Shown piece after piece: positions 54,194-64,000 of a DNA stretch of 64,000 bases. The stretch spans positions 15,092 through 79,091 of the forward strand of contig JBGATK010000002.1 of the NCBI GenBank assembly GCA_044229265.1. The letters run 5' to 3'. Source of the DNA: Minisyncoccia bacterium. GTDB lineage: Bacteria; Patescibacteriota; Minisyncoccia; Phycocordibacterales; UBA9973. The notes below the pieces were generated by a model. The model had not been told where the DNA came from, made no database searches, and saw only the letters and a program-made list of their open reading frames with translations. The first letter of the stretch is position 1. Every line of letters starts with the position of its first letter. A program made the position numbers and the translations under genes.

Positions 54194-56653
54194 ATGGCAA
54201 AAAAAGATATACAAGAAAATCCAGAAATAAAACGTGAATCTATATTACCTATAGATATAGTCAAAGAAATGAAAGACTCATATTTGGCATATTCGATGTC
54301 TGTGATTACTTCGAGAGCACTACCAGATGTTCGAGATGGATTAAAACCAGTGCACCGTCGTATTCTCTATGCAATGCATGAAATGGGTCTCACTGCATCA
54401 GCTCGCTTCCGTAAATCTGCAGCAGTTGTGGGTGATGTTTTGGGTAAATACCATCCACATGGTGATGTCGCAGTGTATGACTCTATGGTTGGTATGGCAC
54501 AAGAATTCTCATTTCGTTATCCATTTATACTAGGTCAAGGTAACTTTGGCTCTATCGATGGCGACAATGCTGCAGCTATGCGTTATACAGAAGCAAAAAT
54601 GTCCAAAGTCTCAGGTGAGCTCCTCCGAGATTTAGAAAAAGAAACTGTAGATTTTAGACCAAATTATGATCAAACTCGTAAAGAGCCAATAGTTTTACCA
54701 GCTGCTGTGCCCGCACTTCTTCTAAATGGCACTCTCGGTATTGCTGTTGGAATGGCGACAAATATTCCTTCACATAATTTAGGTGAAGTTTTAGACGCTA
54801 CAAATCATCTCATAGATAATCCTGACGCTACTACTGAAGACTTGATGCAATTTGTAAAAGGTCCTGATTTTCCGACCGGAGGTATTGCTTATGGTTATAA
54901 AGATATGCTTCATGCTTATTCATCGGGCCGTGGTGGTGTAGTGTGCAGAGGTGAAGCGGAAATAGTAGAACAAAAAGGAGGTCAATTCCAAATTATTATT
55001 ACTTCTATTCCTTTTCGAGTTAATAAAGCAAATCTGATTACTTCGATAGCTGAGCTAGTTCAAGAAAAAAAATTAGATGGTATTAAAGGTCTTCGTGATG
55101 AATCTACCAGAGATATTAGAATTGTAATTGATATAAAAAATGGAGCTTATCCAGAAAAAATATTAAATTATATTTACAAAAATACTCAACTCGAACAAAA
55201 TTTTAATTTTAATGTAGTCGCATTAGTTGATGGTGTTCCTCAAACTTTATCACTTAAATCTATCCTTTCGAATTTCATTGAGCACAGGAAGGTCGTGGTT
55301 CGTCGTCGAAGTGAATATGACTTGCGTAAGGCCGAGGACAGAGAGCACATATTGCTTGGTCTTAAAAAAGCACTTGATTTTATCGATAAAGTTATTAAAA
55401 CTATTCGCGCGAGTAAAGATGGTGCATCAGCAAAGCTCGCCCTCATGAAAGAATTTAAATTTTCAGACTTGCAAGCAGCAGCTATTCTAGAAATGAAACT
55501 CCAAAAACTCGCTGGACTAGAAAGAAAACTTATAGAAGAAGAGTTAAAAGAAAAGCAAGATTTTATTAAAGAAATGAAAGAACTTTTATCTAATCCTAAA
55601 AAAATGCTTAAAGTTATTTCAACAGAAATTACTGAAATTCGTGAAAAATATGCTGATGAACGTCGCACAAAAATAATAAAAGGTGGTGTCAAAGAAATGT
55701 CTGATGAAGACATGATTGCCGATAAAGAAACAGTATTAGTCTACACCCAAGGTGGTTATATCAAACGTACTGATCCAGATGAATATCGAGCACAAAAACG
55801 TGGAGGTGTAGGAGTTATAGATCTTGAAACCAAAGAAGAAGATTTTATCACTATGCTTATTTCTGGTACTACTCACAATGATTTACTCTTTTTGACAAAT
55901 ATGGGCAAGGCATATCAAATAAAAATGTATGATATTCCAGAAGGTCGTCGTGCTACAAAAGGTAAGTCGATTATGAATTTCTTGTCTTTAAATGGTGATG
56001 AAAAAGTAAATTCTGTCATAACTATGCCTAAAGAGCTAAAGAAGACAACTATATCTCTCATGCTTGTTACTAAAGCCGGAACTGCTAAAAAAATGTCTGG
56101 TGAGAGTTTTAAAGACGTTCGCCGTAGTGGTATTATCGCAATTAAGCTCGACAAGGGTGATGAACTCGTCTCAGCACTTCTAGTAGAAAAAGGTGATGAG
56201 GTAATGATAGCAACAAGTAAAGGTCAATCTATAAGATTTAAAGAATCTGATATTCGAGAAATGGGCCGTACTGCTGGTGGAGTTCGTGGTATGAAACTAG
56301 GCCGTGGTGATAGTGTTATTTCTGTAGATGTAATTAAAAAAGAAAAGAAAGATGGATTTTTCCTAACCATGAGCGCAAATGGTCTTGGTAAAAAAACTGC
56401 ACTTAAAGAATACAAAGTCCAAAATCGTGGAGGATCTGGTATTAAAACTGCAAAAATCACTCCAAAAACAGGCGAGCTAATTGTGGGAAGAGTCCTCTCG
56501 GGCGATGAAGAAGAAGTTATAGCCATGAGTAAAAAAGGCCAAGTTATCCGCACTGCACTTAAAGACATTTCTAATCTCGGTCGCCAAACTCAAGGAGTTT
56601 CTATTATGAAACTTCGCGCAGGAGACGGCATCGCATCTATTACTTGTATTTAA
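54194..56653 (+). CDS. gyrA: DNA gyrase subunit A
   Basis: [29 protein letters not shown], catalytic Tyr region, GyrA-box-like QKRGGVG, C-terminal beta-pinwheel repeats. Confidence 0.95.
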   Translation: MAKKDIQENPEIKRESILPIDIVKEMKDSYLAYSMSVITSRALPDVRDGLKPVHRRILYAMHEMGLTASARFRKSAAVVGDVLGKYHPHGDVAVYDSMVGMAQEFSFRYPFILGQGNFGSIDGDNAAAMRYTEAKMSKVSGELLRDLEKETVDFRPNYDQTRKEPIVLPAAVPALLLNGTLGIAVGMATNIPSHNLGEVLDATNHLIDNPDATTEDLMQFVKGPDFPTGGIAYGYKDMLHAYSSGRGGVVCRGEAEIVEQKGGQFQIIITSIPFRVNKANLITSIAELVQEKKLDGIKGLRDESTRDIRIVIDIKNGAYPEKILNYIYKNTQLEQNFNFNVVALVDGVPQTLSLKSILSNFIEHRKVVVRRRSEYDLRKAEDREHILLGLKKALDFIDKVIKTIRASKDGASAKLALMKEFKFSDLQAAAILEMKLQKLAGLERKLIEEELKEKQDFIKEMKELLSNPKKMLKVISTEITEIREKYADERRTKIIKGGVKEMSDEDMIADKETVLVYTQGGYIKRTDPDEYRAQKRGGVGVIDLETKEEDFITMLISGTTHNDLLFLTNMGKAYQIKMYDIPEGRRATKGKSIMNFLSLNGDEKVNSVITMPKELKKTTISLMLVTKAGTAKKMSGESFKDVRRSGIIAIKLDKGDELVSALLVEKGDEVMIATSKGQSIRFKESDIREMGRTAGGVRGMKLGRGDSVISVDVIKKEKKDGFFLTMSANGLGKKTALKEYKVQNRGGSGIKTAKITPKTGELIVGRVLSGDEEEVIAMSKKGQVIRTALKDISNLGRQTQGVSIMKLRAGDGIASITCI

Positions 56654-56658
56654 AATAA

Positions 56659-57410
56659 ATGTCAAAGTGTCAAAGGGCATCTTTGACATTAAATAATAAA
56701 GTTTGTTTTATAAGATTTTCTTTGCCTTCGAATAATTCTATAAAGAATTTTTTTTCTAGGATTGGTAAATCCTCGTTTGTTTTATAAAAATTATAACTGC
56801 TCCATCTATAATTTTCAGGCTTTTTAATAAGGCCATCTTTTACTGCATTCATATGTATATAAGCACTGGTCCACATTATTTGTGAATTTGATTCCATGCA
56901 TACTGCTTTAAATTGATCTTGAAAAACATGGCCCACACGATTGTATTTTTTATTATAATATTTTGAATAACTGGTTATTATTTTATGAATAAACTTAGAA
57001 ATAGAATAATCACTATTTTGTTCTATTAATAAATGGAAATGATTTTGCATTAAAGTAAATGCATGTATTTTAATTTTATTTTTTTCTGAGCCAATAATCC
57101 TGATACGTGAATAGGGCATATTAAAAATCGAATGATTTAATTCTTTAATTTCAAAACCAAGAGCCAGTCCAAGACGAAATAAAAAAGCTCGATAGTCTTG
57201 ATCATCTAAATATATTTTTTCCTTATTATTGCCACGATTATAAATATGGTAAAAATTTCCTTTTTCAAATTTTTTATAATCTCTGTTGTTTGCCATATTA
57301 TTTATATTAATGTCAAAGATGCCCTTTGACATTAATATTTTATCAAATTCACAATAATAATCAGTATTTAAATGTGGAAAACTGTGTGTCAAAGATGCCC
57401 TTTGACATAT
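56659..57410 (-). mobile_element. IS200/IS605-family element (tnpA only) bounded by palindromic hairpins TGTCAAAGGGCATCTTTGACA (one at left, two inverted copies at right)
   Basis: hairpins at 56668-56688, 57311-57331, 57387-57407; left hairpin abuts gyrA stop codon. Confidence 0.8.
56670..57296 (-). CDS. tnpA: IS200-like / REP-associated tyrosine (Y1, HUH) transposase
   Basis: HuH motif NHFHLLIEQ and C-terminal YRWSSYNFY tyrosine motif; start set at Met just downstream of hairpin (ORF-track start 57392 reads through hairpin). Confidence 0.75.
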   Translation of the reverse strand: MANNRDYKKFEKGNFYHIYNRGNNKEKIYLDDQDYRAFLFRLGLALGFEIKELNHSIFNMPYSRIRIIGSEKNKIKIHAFTLMQNHFHLLIEQNSDYSISKFIHKIITSYSKYYNKKYNRVGHVFQDQFKAVCMESNSQIMWTSAYIHMNAVKDGLIKKPENYRWSSYNFYKTNEDLPILEKKFFIELFEGKENLIKQTLLFNVKDAL

Positions 57411-57512
57411 ATATTTGACATTTAATTGAGATAAATGGTTGATTTATTTATATGATTATTAGATAATTTTTGGGAGACATTTTTTGCTTTTTTAAAATTA
57501 AAACTATTTCAG

Positions 57513-58106
57513 ATGAAAAAAATAATTTTTCTTGTTTTTATTTACTGTATTTTTTTTATACGTGTTTTCTCTCAAGAAATTGTTGTTAAAATTAATAAAA
57601 TTTCAAAAAACACTTATTTACTTGATATTAGAATCGATACAATTTTAGAAGGATTTCGTTTAGACAACGAAAATTCTTATGTATCAATTGTGGATCAGGA
57701 TTCTATTGATTTGGGTAATTATGAAATATTCCATTTTGATAATTTCGGACGTATTTTACAGGAATTTATAGATAAAAATTCTGAACAAGTAAAATTTATA
57801 CGTTTGAATTTAATTTTTTTAGATAAGCTTACTGGTGCAAAGAAACACGATTCTTTTTACTATGAACTTTATGTCAAAGAAAAAAGATTCTTAGTAGATA
57901 AGGATTTTTTAGAGAATAAAGAGCTTAAGGTCTATTTCAATGACAATATGCTCTCTCGAGCATTGATTTGGAATTGTGAGGGAAAACTTGTTTCTGCGCT
58001 TGATATTTATTCTGGTGTATCCGAAAAAATCGATTTTTTGCATTTTGGAGTCTATTTTTTAACTTTGACTGGTTTTGACAATACAGAAAAAATATTAATT
58101 AGATAA
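57513..58106 (+). CDS. hypothetical secreted protein
   Basis: signal peptide MKKIIFLVFIYCIFFIRVFS, 197 aa. Confidence 0.45.
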   Translation: MKKIIFLVFIYCIFFIRVFSQEIVVKINKISKNTYLLDIRIDTILEGFRLDNENSYVSIVDQDSIDLGNYEIFHFDNFGRILQEFIDKNSEQVKFIRLNLIFLDKLTGAKKHDSFYYELYVKEKRFLVDKDFLENKELKVYFNDNMLSRALIWNCEGKLVSALDIYSGVSEKIDFLHFGVYFLTLTGFDNTEKILIR

Positions 58107-58178
58107 TTTGAATGATTTCTATCATCAATGCCTGTAGAGATTTACTTGCAGGCATTTTTTGTAGTATAATTTATTGTA

Positions 58179-58706
58179 ATGTTTGTCGAACCGGTAAAAA
58201 TTTTAAAAACCTTTGGTGTCCATGAGAATATGGTAGTCGCTGACCTCGGAGCAGGAAGTGGTTTTTATACATTACCACTAGCTCAAATGGCTGTGGGTGG
58301 CAAAGTCTATGCTATAGAAATACAAAAAGATTTCTTACTTACTATTAGAAATAAAGTTAAAGAATATAAATTAGACAATGTAGAATGTCTTTGGGGAAAT
58401 ATTGAAATAAAAGGCGGAACAAGACTAGGGGATAATGTGGCTGATAGAGTAGTGGTTTCCAATGTTTTTTTTCAAGTAGAACATAAAGAGAAATTTTTAG
58501 ACGAAGTGTATAGAATAATAAAGCCAAGTGGCAAAGTTTTACTGATAGATTGGCATGATGCTGATAGTCCACTTGCTCCAAAAGGTAATGCCTTGGTACC
58601 TGAAGAAAAAGCGCGTAGTTTTTTTGAACAAAAAGGTTTTCTTTTTGAGAAAAATGTGGATGCAGGTGATCATCATTATGGTATGATATTTAAAGTAAAA
58701 AAATAA
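58179..58706 (+). CDS. class I SAM-dependent methyltransferase
   Basis: motif I VADLGAGSGFYTLPLA; TATAAT 8 nt upstream of ATG. Confidence 0.7.
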   Translation: MFVEPVKILKTFGVHENMVVADLGAGSGFYTLPLAQMAVGGKVYAIEIQKDFLLTIRNKVKEYKLDNVECLWGNIEIKGGTRLGDNVADRVVVSNVFFQVEHKEKFLDEVYRIIKPSGKVLLIDWHDADSPLAPKGNALVPEEKARSFFEQKGFLFEKNVDAGDHHYGMIFKVKK

Positions 58707-58707
58707 C

Positions 58708-60000
58708 ATGAAAAATTTTCAAATTATTAGCTTGGTGGTTTTCGGATTATTTGCGGTCTTTGGACTTTTAGTTTTTTCTGGAACTATAGACATAGGCTCT
58801 AATAATCAAAATACTGCTAAGGGCACCGTGACGCTCTGGGGCACATATGATAAAAGTAATATAGAATCTCTGATAGATGATTTCAATGCTCGCAATCAGA
58901 CTTTTGAAGTAAAATATTCGAAAAAAGATGAAGCAACTTTTGCCGGAGATTTACTCGAAGCTATAGCTTCTGGCACTGGACCTGATATGTTTTTCTTGCC
59001 AGATGACCTAGCTTTGCAATATGCAAATAAGATTTATACTATTCCGTATGCTAGTTATCCTGTAGCTTCTTATAAAAATTCTTTTGCACAGGCTGGGGAA
59101 GTATTTTTAACTTCACGTGGGATACTAGCTTTTCCTATGGTTATTGATCCACTCGTTATGTATTACAATAGAAATATCTTGGATTCAAATAGTATTGCTT
59201 ACCCACCTAATAATTGGGAAGAATTTACAATTCAAGCTACAAAAATTACTAAAAAGGACGCTGATAAGCAGATACAAAAAAGTGCAGTAGGTTTCGGACA
59301 ATACTCAAATGTATCTGGAGCAAAAGACATACTTGCTATGCTTTTTATGCAAATAGGTAATGGTATTGTGAAAGAAAAAGGAAGTGATTTTGGATCAGTG
59401 CTTAATGAAAAGGTGGCAAATTTACCAGCTCCAGAGACCGTGATACCTTTTTATATTTCTTTTGCTGATCCGTCTAAGACTAATTATGTTTGGAATAAAT
59501 CTTTTCCAAATTCACGGGAATATTTCGTAGCAGATAATTCAGCATTTTATTTCGGTCATGCTAGTGAGTTTACTGCTCTCGTAAATAAAAATCCAAATCT
59601 TAATTTTGGTATGGCAGAAGTTCCTCAGATAAAAAATTCGAATCTGAAAATTACCGGAGCTCGTACTACTGGTATAGCTGTGACTTCATTTTCAAAGAAT
59701 TTGAATACTGCACTTACTGCAGCAGGACTCATGGCTACTACGGATTTTGCAGATAAATTTGCAAAAGCTGTGGGCGGTGCGCCAGCGCGGAGAGATCTCC
59801 TTGCTGGCGCACCTACAGGCGAAGTTTCGCCCGCAGTATATTCTTCTGCCTTATTCTCTCGTAGTTGGCTTGATCCTAATTCTGCTAGTACTGACAATAT
59901 TTTCCGTGCCATGATAGACGGAGCTTTTTCAAATAACCGCTCGGGTGCTGATGTAATAGAAGAAGCTTCCGGAAGGTTAGAATTATTACTTCGAAAATAA
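58708..60000 (+). CDS. extracellular solute-binding (SBP family 1, sugar-type) fold lipoprotein-like protein, no cognate permease/ATPase adjacent
   Basis: N-terminal TM/signal, 430 aa, SBP_bac_1-like composition; tightly packed with flanking genes. Confidence 0.55.
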   Translation: MKNFQIISLVVFGLFAVFGLLVFSGTIDIGSNNQNTAKGTVTLWGTYDKSNIESLIDDFNARNQTFEVKYSKKDEATFAGDLLEAIASGTGPDMFFLPDDLALQYANKIYTIPYASYPVASYKNSFAQAGEVFLTSRGILAFPMVIDPLVMYYNRNILDSNSIAYPPNNWEEFTIQATKITKKDADKQIQKSAVGFGQYSNVSGAKDILAMLFMQIGNGIVKEKGSDFGSVLNEKVANLPAPETVIPFYISFADPSKTNYVWNKSFPNSREYFVADNSAFYFGHASEFTALVNKNPNLNFGMAEVPQIKNSNLKITGARTTGIAVTSFSKNLNTALTAAGLMATTDFADKFAKAVGGAPARRDLLAGAPTGEVSPAVYSSALFSRSWLDPNSASTDNIFRAMIDGAFSNNRSGADVIEEASGRLELLLRK

Positions 60001-60002
60001 AT

Positions 60003-60464
60003 ATGAGTAAAATTATGAAAAATATCTTAAAAAAATTTCTTGTTTCGGTAGCTATATTATTTATGTTTTGCGCACCAACCTTTGCTTTTGCAGTAGAAAA
60101 AGAAGATGGAGGAGGACTGATACCTTGTGGTCTTACAAATAAAGAATTAAAAAAAGATCCTGCTACTGGACAAGTAACTGGAGGACAAATCAATGTTCCG
60201 TGCACTTTTGATCATGTCTTGGTCCTCATAAATAATGTCGTAAATTTTTTACTATTTAAATTAGCTGTGCCACTAGCAGCTATCGTATTTGTTTATGCTG
60301 GTGTTCAATTAATCACTTCTGGTGGTAGTAGCGAAGGTATGCAAAAAGCTAAAGCCATATTTACTTCGACAGCTATGGGGCTAATACTTGCTGTGGCGGC
60401 TTGGTTAATTATCCACACCTTGCTTACTATTGTAGGTTACGATGGTTCTTGGATTGGGTTATAA
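60003..60464 (+). CDS. paralog 1 of 5: signal peptide + two-TM small protein (VirB2/TrbC-pilin-like topology)
   Basis: signal MSKIMKNILKKFLVSVAILFMFCAPTFAFA; two C-terminal hydrophobic helices separated by polar loop SGGSSEGMQKAKA. Confidence 0.5.
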   Translation: MSKIMKNILKKFLVSVAILFMFCAPTFAFAVEKEDGGGLIPCGLTNKELKKDPATGQVTGGQINVPCTFDHVLVLINNVVNFLLFKLAVPLAAIVFVYAGVQLITSGGSSEGMQKAKAIFTSTAMGLILAVAAWLIIHTLLTIVGYDGSWIGL

Positions 60465-60476
60465 TATTTATATATA

Positions 60477-60863
60477 ATGAATTTAAGTAAAAAAATCTTT
60501 GCATCGATGTTTCTAGCTTTAACTCTAGGAGTATTTCTGGTACCAACATTTTCTTATGCGCAAGATTCAAATAGTAAAATTACAGTTTCTGAAAAAGTAA
60601 AAAACCCGCTCGGTAGTAAATTTGAAAACTTAAATGATTTTGTAAAGACTCTACTTGAAGGATTTATTAAGATTTTGATACCCGTTATCGCTCTCGCTAT
60701 TATATATGCAGGACTTTTGTTTGTGACAGCTCGTGGAAATACAGAGAAAATTACTACAGCCAAGAATGCATTGCTATACGGGGTAATAGGGGCAGGGCTG
60801 GTACTCGGTGCGTGGGCACTGGCACAGCTGATATCCGATACCGTGATACAATTAAATGGTTAA
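60477..60863 (+). CDS. paralog 2 of 5 (VirB2/TrbC-like topology)
   Basis: signal ...VPTFSYAQ; helices IPVIALAIIYAGLLFV / LLYGVIGAGLVLGAWALA with loop TARGNTEKITTAKN. Confidence 0.5.
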   Translation: MNLSKKIFASMFLALTLGVFLVPTFSYAQDSNSKITVSEKVKNPLGSKFENLNDFVKTLLEGFIKILIPVIALAIIYAGLLFVTARGNTEKITTAKNALLYGVIGAGLVLGAWALAQLISDTVIQLNG

Positions 60864-60884
60864 TTATTAGTTAATATTATTAAA

Positions 60885-61283
60885 ATGAAAAAAGTAAAAA
60901 AACATATAGATAAAATATTTATTACGGGATTAGCATTGGCATTGCCTATGACGACTTTTGCGCAGAGTTCTAGTTGTTTAGCTGACTTTAAAAAAGAAGG
61001 TACATTAGGAGCACTTTTTGAATATTTAATTTGCTTAGCCCAAAGCTCTATAGTGCCACTATTATTTGTGGTAGCTATGGTTGCTTTTATTTGGGGTGTA
61101 GTGCAGTTTGTAGCAGGTGCTGATAATGAAGAGAAAAGAGAGAAAGGCAGGCAATTTATGATTTGGGGTATCGTGGGACTTGCAGTTATGGTTTCAGTAT
61201 GGGGACTCGTATCAATATTTACAAAATCTTTCGGAATTGATAATAACATCAAAGCACCTACTTTACCGAAATTACCAACATAA
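60885..61283 (+). CDS. paralog 3 of 5 (VirB2/TrbC-like topology)
   Basis: signal ...PMTTFAQ; helices LLFVVAMVAFIWGVVQFVAG / MIWGIVGLAVMVSVWGLVSIF with loop ADNEEKREKGRQF. Confidence 0.5.
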   Translation: MKKVKKHIDKIFITGLALALPMTTFAQSSSCLADFKKEGTLGALFEYLICLAQSSIVPLLFVVAMVAFIWGVVQFVAGADNEEKREKGRQFMIWGIVGLAVMVSVWGLVSIFTKSFGIDNNIKAPTLPKLPT

Positions 61284-61388
61284 ATAGTATTGCAAGAATT
61301 TTAGTTGTGGTATAATTAGTTTGTCTATATTAGGCAAAAATTATTATTAAAAGGTCGTTTAAATTTATTATCAATAATTAAATAAAAT

Positions 61389-61799
61389 ATGAAGAATTTA
61401 AAATCAAAGTTTTTAATTAGTGCAGGTACAGTAGCTGGCATAGCTATGCCACTTATGGCTTTCGCGCAATCAGTGCAAGATAATTGTGTAGGTCAAAACC
61501 CTGGCACTATTAACTTTATCCTTTGTAAGATAGCTTTCTTTATAAGTAGTATTATACCGATACTTATCACTCTCGGTGTTATTTACTTTATTTGGGGTGT
61601 TATCCAATACGCTATTGCTCAAGACGAAGAAGCAAAAACTCGTGGTCGCGATATCATGATATATGGTCTTATCGCACTACTCGTTATCGTTTCTATTTGG
61701 GGACTAGTAGCAATACTTCAAAATACTTTCGGTATTCAAGGTAGTGCAAAGATAAACATTCCTTGTATCGAAACTCAAGGCGTGAAGTGTCCGACCTAA
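61389..61799 (+). CDS. paralog 4 of 5 (VirB2/TrbC-like topology)
   Basis: signal ...PLMAFAQ; loop AQDEEAKTRGRDI between two hydrophobic helices; closest to paralog 3. Confidence 0.5.
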   Translation: MKNLKSKFLISAGTVAGIAMPLMAFAQSVQDNCVGQNPGTINFILCKIAFFISSIIPILITLGVIYFIWGVIQYAIAQDEEAKTRGRDIMIYGLIALLVIVSIWGLVAILQNTFGIQGSAKINIPCIETQGVKCPT

Positions 61800-61809
61800 T
61801 TTCTTTTGT

Positions 61810-62151
61810 ATGGATTTCTTTTTTGTAAATACAGCTTATGCTAGTCTAGATACATTTCTCGCAAATGCAAATAGGCTAATCATAAACCCTATCATATACC
61901 TTTTGTTTGCTATTGCATTTGTTTATTTCTTGTATGGCATGGTGGAATTTATCGCTGGTGCTGACAATGAAGAAAAGCGCATGACAGGCAAGAGTCATAT
62001 GCTTTGGGGTATAGTTGGGCTCGGAATCATGATGGGAGTTTGGACTATATTACAGATAGTTATAAATACACTCGGGATTGAGAAAATCGACCCCAAGAAT
62101 CAAAAAGTAGAGCTCAATGATTATAATCCGAAATTTCCACCTAGTAAATAA
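61810..62151 (+). CDS. paralog 5 of 5, N-terminally degenerate (no convincing signal peptide)
   Basis: shares FIAGADNEEKRMTGKSHMLWGIVGLGIMMGVWTIL core with paralog 3 but starts MDFFFVNTAYASLD. Confidence 0.45.
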   Translation: MDFFFVNTAYASLDTFLANANRLIINPIIYLLFAIAFVYFLYGMVEFIAGADNEEKRMTGKSHMLWGIVGLGIMMGVWTILQIVINTLGIEKIDPKNQKVELNDYNPKFPPSK

Positions 62152-62177
62152 AATATAAATTACAAAAAACGCAAATA

Positions 62178-62212
62178 AAAAAAGCCCGAACATAATAAGT
62201 TCGGGCTTTTGC
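62178..62212. terminator. bidirectional terminator between convergent operons
   Basis: gcccgaac-ataataa-gttcgggc flanked by A7 and T4. Confidence 0.75.
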
Positions 62213-62239
62213 GTGGGCAGGGCACGTATTTACTGCCAA

Positions 62240-62725
62240 TTATTTATGAATCTCAACCTCTGTGATCTGGTAAAGATACACAGTGAAAGGTTCTTTTTCG
62301 GTCGTATCAGCTTTTAGTTTAATTACGTCGCCGTAATTTACTAAAGGACTATTATACTGTTCTATTTTTTTAGAGCGGAACTGCCACTCCTTGATCGATG
62401 GATAATAAACGAAATGGTCATGTCCGTTTACTCGAACTTTTACTCCACCAGTGAATTCTATAGGTGGAAGTGTAAGTTCACTACCAGGATAACAGATGAA
62501 TTCACCTTTGGGGTTTAACATCTCTACCGTTTTGGTATTTTCCTTTTTGTCTTCATCCTTTTTTTCTTCACTTTTATTGCACCCTCCTTTTAAGAGAAGT
62601 AATAAAACAAAAAGAAGAATTATTCGAATCACCCACGTGATAGCTGTCCCAGTTGGGCCAGTCATAGATGGGGCATTATTTGCTGGTGGAGGAGGTGTGC
62701 CTCCTCCGGTATTAGCTGTTGCCAT
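62240..62725 (-). CDS. hypothetical single-TM protein with Pro/Gly-rich N-terminal tail
   Basis: MATANTGGGTPPPPANNAPSMTGPTGT then TM WVIRIILLFVLLLLL then ~100-aa extracytoplasmic domain. Confidence 0.4.
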   Translation of the reverse strand: MATANTGGGTPPPPANNAPSMTGPTGTAITWVIRIILLFVLLLLLKGGCNKSEEKKDEDKKENTKTVEMLNPKGEFICYPGSELTLPPIEFTGGVKVRVNGHDHFVYYPSIKEWQFRSKKIEQYNSPLVNYGDVIKLKADTTEKEPFTVYLYQITEVEIHK

Positions 62726-63934
62726 TTAGGTTTTTTTAATTGGTGATGGTTTTTTTACTTTCTTTTTCTGTCCGGAGTTTCCTCCTTTTAAAGCAACTGC
62801 TGCAGTAGCAATAGCTTTGATTGTATCAGGAGTAAATTTTTCTACTATTTTCGGATCTAAACCCGAGAAATTGATGTTGTAATCGTTTTGATCGATCGTT
62901 TTCTTCCAATCGATTCCTGAAAAGAATGCTGCGAAAACTGTAGCGTCTTGTTTTTCTAAACCAAATTCTCCCTCCATAAGCATCGCTAACATTAATTTAA
63001 AATTGGCCGTATCGGTCAATTTGCTCTGTTGCGCAAGCGTCTTTTCATCTGGCTGTGAATCATACACAGTCGGTTCAGAAAATTTAATCGGATATCTAGA
63101 AGCCAATGGATTAAACGTATTTTTTGGAAAAATTTCTTTAGATTTTGCTGCACTACATTCAATTACAGTTTTCTCTTTGTAGAAATCTTGCATTACTGCT
63201 TTTGCAAAAACTGTTTGCTCTTCCTTGATCGTATTTTTATATTCTATAAACTTCATAGCATTTTGTGCTATTACTTCGATAGGAGTAGTTTCCTCTCCTA
63301 AATAAGCTTTGCTTATCACTGAGGCCTTTCCTTTAAACAAGGTTCCAGGAGTTTTCGTCTGAAAGTCATCTTCTATTTCGGTAATGATATCTGCTTTCAA
63401 ATCGATATAATCCTGATACTTTGCAAAGATAGATCTCCAATTGAAACCATTAAAATATACTCTTTTCTCTTTTGTTAAAGTATCAAGGAGTACTATGCAT
63501 GTTAATGCATTTGGCTCAATGTAAGTTCTAGCGAGCAAGATTAGCAACACCCCAACAAATATAGCTAGGCATGTGTAGACTTGAGTCATAAAATCAGGTA
63601 TACCCAAAAGTGTGAATACCATCAAAGAGATTAAACTGCTAATGCCACAAATAAATGAAATATTTGTGATTAATACATAGTTTTCAAATTTCACTTCTTT
63701 TATCTTTCTTAATTTAAGAGTTGTAAAAAAGAAAAAAGTTGATGTTCCTAGTATTACTAACAATACTATTATTATTGAAGCATCAGCAAGCAAATTTAAT
63801 ACATTTCCAGATTTACTTACAATATAAGTAAATGAAGAATTTATTATTTCCTTTTGCTCCGGAGAGCCGAAGAAAATAACAGTTAAGCAGATTGCAATTA
63901 AACAACCCACAAAAATTAAGATTCTATTGATCAT
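62726..63934 (-). CDS. hypothetical polytopic membrane protein with C-terminal soluble domain
   Basis: 402 aa; ~5 N-terminal TM helices; co-directional and abutting 62240-62725. Confidence 0.4.
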   Translation of the reverse strand: MINRILIFVGCLIAICLTVIFFGSPEQKEIINSSFTYIVSKSGNVLNLLADASIIIVLLVILGTSTFFFFTTLKLRKIKEVKFENYVLITNISFICGISSLISLMVFTLLGIPDFMTQVYTCLAIFVGVLLILLARTYIEPNALTCIVLLDTLTKEKRVYFNGFNWRSIFAKYQDYIDLKADIITEIEDDFQTKTPGTLFKGKASVISKAYLGEETTPIEVIAQNAMKFIEYKNTIKEEQTVFAKAVMQDFYKEKTVIECSAAKSKEIFPKNTFNPLASRYPIKFSEPTVYDSQPDEKTLAQQSKLTDTANFKLMLAMLMEGEFGLEKQDATVFAAFFSGIDWKKTIDQNDYNINFSGLDPKIVEKFTPDTIKAIATAAVALKGGNSGQKKKVKKPSPIKKT

Positions 63935-64000
63935 CGTTTATGATTTTTTTTGTGAAAAAATTTTTGTCAAAAGGGAATATTCCCATACGTATTACCTATA

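Noticed and set aside
55240-55713. 157-aa minus-strand ORF and other antisense ORFs within gyrA
   Set aside because: Ser-rich antisense translations inside an unambiguous gyrA

Overview
The window is AT-rich (roughly 30% GC by eye) and gene-dense, with short proteins and many small membrane proteins. It resembles an uncultured small-genome lineage, possibly Patescibacteria/CPR-like; that is inference only. Core genes present are HtrA, RNase J, SecG, flotillin, NDH-2, MsrA, an ABC-F ATPase, SecA, MurE, a MurC fusion, Ddl-like ligase, ribosomal protein S1, GyrA and a pseudouridine synthase. A complete 16S rRNA gene (about 39619-41228) stands alone, with no 23S, 5S or tRNA nearby, behind a near-consensus sigma70 promoter. 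Its 3' end appears to lack the CCUCC anti-Shine-Dalgarno, and most gene starts have no Shine-Dalgarno motif. Many instead have a TATAAT box 6-9 nt upstream of the ATG, consistent with leaderless mRNAs. I found no tRNAs and no CRISPR array.

The most interesting region is an accessory, defense-island-like stretch at about 15.5-21.8 kb. It holds a small Ogt-like protein, a solitary MazF/PemK-like toxin, a YdeI-like gene whose 3' end is duplicated as a 122-bp direct repeat flanking an NYN-domain gene, and a MazG-like pyrophosphohydrolase. Next come a 674-aa GIY-YIG nuclease + DUF2075 SF1-like ATPase + C-terminal LexA/UmuD-type S24 peptidase fusion, an Abi-alpha-like gene, a small Zn-ribbon ORF, a DUF2726 nuclease-fold protein and a GC-rich lmo0937-like micro-ORF. 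I consider the MazG, GIY-YIG/DUF2075/S24, Abi-alpha operon a candidate SOS-triggered nuclease-helicase defense module that has not been described.

Other notable items:
- An IS200/IS605-type Y1 transposase flanked by palindromic hairpins, sitting directly at the gyrA stop.
- A family of GC-rich nested palindromes (three copies, one apparently inserted in frame into a YdjM-like gene).
- A second identical hairpin terminator at two loci.
- A perfect 20-bp-arm palindrome exactly at the junction of an unknown 430-aa N-domain and MurC.
- An operon of methyltransferase, SBP-fold protein and five tandem paralogous signal-peptide + two-TM small proteins (VirB2/TrbC-like topology).
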